From a virus (Duplodnaviria; Caudoviricetes): a stretch of DNA of 64,000 bases. The DNA is taken from IMG/VR virus record IMGVR_UViG_3300033075_000545, positions 65,974 through 129,973 of that record; one strand, 5' to 3'. How positions within the stretch are numbered: the stretch's first letter is position 1; each line of letters begins with the position of its first letter. Positions 62,761 through 64,000 of this stretch are shown here, in pieces. A program made the translations under genes and the position numbers. Under the pieces are notes generated by a model. That model did not search any database and was not told the DNA's origin. It worked only from the letters and a program-made list of their open reading frames with translations.

Positions 62761-63705
62761 GTGATTCGGCCGATTGACCTACTGACGTACCGACCAGATT
62801 CCCGTCTCCGTCCATCATCGTGGCGGTGGGACTTGGCGAGGTACTTCCGCGATAGGAGCTACGACGATCCGAACGTAGATCACCCAGATCTGGACGTCGT
62901 TGCAGCGTATCGGCTCATGTTTGTTGTTGAAGGGGAGCGAACAGAGACTGATCGCCTGAGTAAGCTTCTTAGTCTTCCCACATCCCAAACGGACGCGTAC
63001 GCGTTCCATACTCGGGCGATTTTGGCTCGCGATACTGACATTCCGGGGAACGATCCAGACTCTGATTACCCGATGTGTGGTCCGTTAACTGCGGATGCTA
63101 TGGCGAAAGCTCAGTTGGAGGCATTCGTCCTTGCAGGTAAAAGTGCTGAGCACATCTCCAAGGTGACAGGGCTCGACCCAAGCGCTGTAACGCAGTACGA
63201 AAAGTGGTGGTTTGATGTGAGGGATCGGCTTGCGAATCCTGGATGGGTCGCGACGTCGGTTATTGGGTCCTTACAACAAGGACCGCCGTCAATGCTTCTT
63301 CCATCCCTGATTCGAGCATATGGGTATTACACGAAGTCGTCACGTATTGTACGCGCGGTGACGGGATTGTTTGATGCGCCCTCTGCGCGAGCCAAAGCCA
63401 AGGATCCTGCGCAGTACTTTGCTGCAGATGCCGTATTCTCGGGATCGTTGAAGGCTGCGTTGGCAGTTCGCATGATGCCGCTGGGTCGCCGTACCTACGC
63501 TCGCGTGATGGAATTGCACCACGCAGCTATGGATGTGGCTTTGAAGTCAGGGCAGGATGCGGGCACCGAAGACGCGAATACCTTCCGCGAAGCGAGTGCT
63601 CGACTCTTCAAGCAACTGGATCGGAAGTATCACGAGGCTCCGATCGAAACGCCCGAATCTCCGCCAGTTCCCCGTCTCGTACAACATGTCGATCAGGTGG
63701 GTTAA
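62761..63705 (+). CDS. Hypothetical protein
   Basis: 314-aa ORF. Confidence 0.65.
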   Translation: MIRPIDLLTYRPDSRLRPSSWRWDLARYFRDRSYDDPNVDHPDLDVVAAYRLMFVVEGERTETDRLSKLLSLPTSQTDAYAFHTRAILARDTDIPGNDPDSDYPMCGPLTADAMAKAQLEAFVLAGKSAEHISKVTGLDPSAVTQYEKWWFDVRDRLANPGWVATSVIGSLQQGPPSMLLPSLIRAYGYYTKSSRIVRAVTGLFDAPSARAKAKDPAQYFAADAVFSGSLKAALAVRMMPLGRRTYARVMELHHAAMDVALKSGQDAGTEDANTFREASARLFKQLDRKYHEAPIETPESPPVPRLVQHVDQVG

Positions 63706-63767
63706 CTCCTTTATTTAACGGGTCCATACCGTTAATATGGGGCAAAGACTTTTCCGAGGTACTTCAT

Positions 63768-64000
63768 ATGCCCCCGCCGTCGCTGTCCGCGCAGTCCGCA
63801 GAAAAGATGGCCGCTGTTGTAGAGGCGGCTCAAGACCTCGTCGACGGGGGTGAGAACCCGGATGAGGCCATTGCAAAGTCCGCTCGTGATAAGGGCCTGC
63901 CGTTGGGGCACATCCATAAGGTAGTCCACGCCTTTAACACCGCACGCGCTGTTCAGCAATTGAGTCAGGGCGATGTGTGGACTAAAGCGTCTGGTTACCC
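63768..64000 (+). CDS. Hypothetical protein, truncated by the window end
   Basis: GAGG SD, ATG 63768, open to the end (MPPPSLSAQSAEKMAA...). Confidence 0.6.
   Translation, partial: MPPPSLSAQSAEKMAAVVEAAQDLVDGGENPDEAIAKSARDKGLPLGHIHKVVHAFNTARAVQQLSQGDVWTKASGY

Noticed and set aside
1-64000. Genome-wide TAG reassignment (code 15) suggested by the CUA tRNA
   Set aside because: Genes are intact under code 11. Read-through of the TAG stops I checked (18021, 28676, 49714, 59702) hits another stop quickly and gives no fusion.

Overview
This window is a 64-kb segment of a large (jumbo-type) dsDNA phage. Nearly all credible genes are on the + strand and use the standard genetic code. Several Gemmata/Planctomycete-type domains point to a Planctomycetota host (inference). 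(1) 1-18.6 kb is a replication/recombination module: SF2 helicase, DnaB-like helicase, primase, UDG-PolA fusion, RecA, DEDDh exonuclease, RuvC-like resolvase. (2) 21-39 kb and 53-64 kb hold a probable portal and virion-type proteins rich in K-x-A motifs. (3) A bacterial-type multisubunit RNA polymerase is split into a beta-beta'N fusion (4 inteins) and a separate beta'C gene (3 inteins); the window carries 9 inteins in total. (4) A ~930-bp non-coding island (33.24-34.17 kb) contains a 403-nt array with a strict G(GYNNN)n grammar, a tRNA-like element, several structured RNAs and an amber (CUA) suppressor tRNA. The most notable observations are the pentamer array (a candidate non-contiguous guide or decoy RNA), an intein whose endonuclease is overprinted in the +1 frame, a Gln-initiated atypical intein directly after the RNAP catalytic DxDGD, and a 34-bp promoter-like motif present in 7 copies. 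All calls come from motif recognition by eye; no searches were run.
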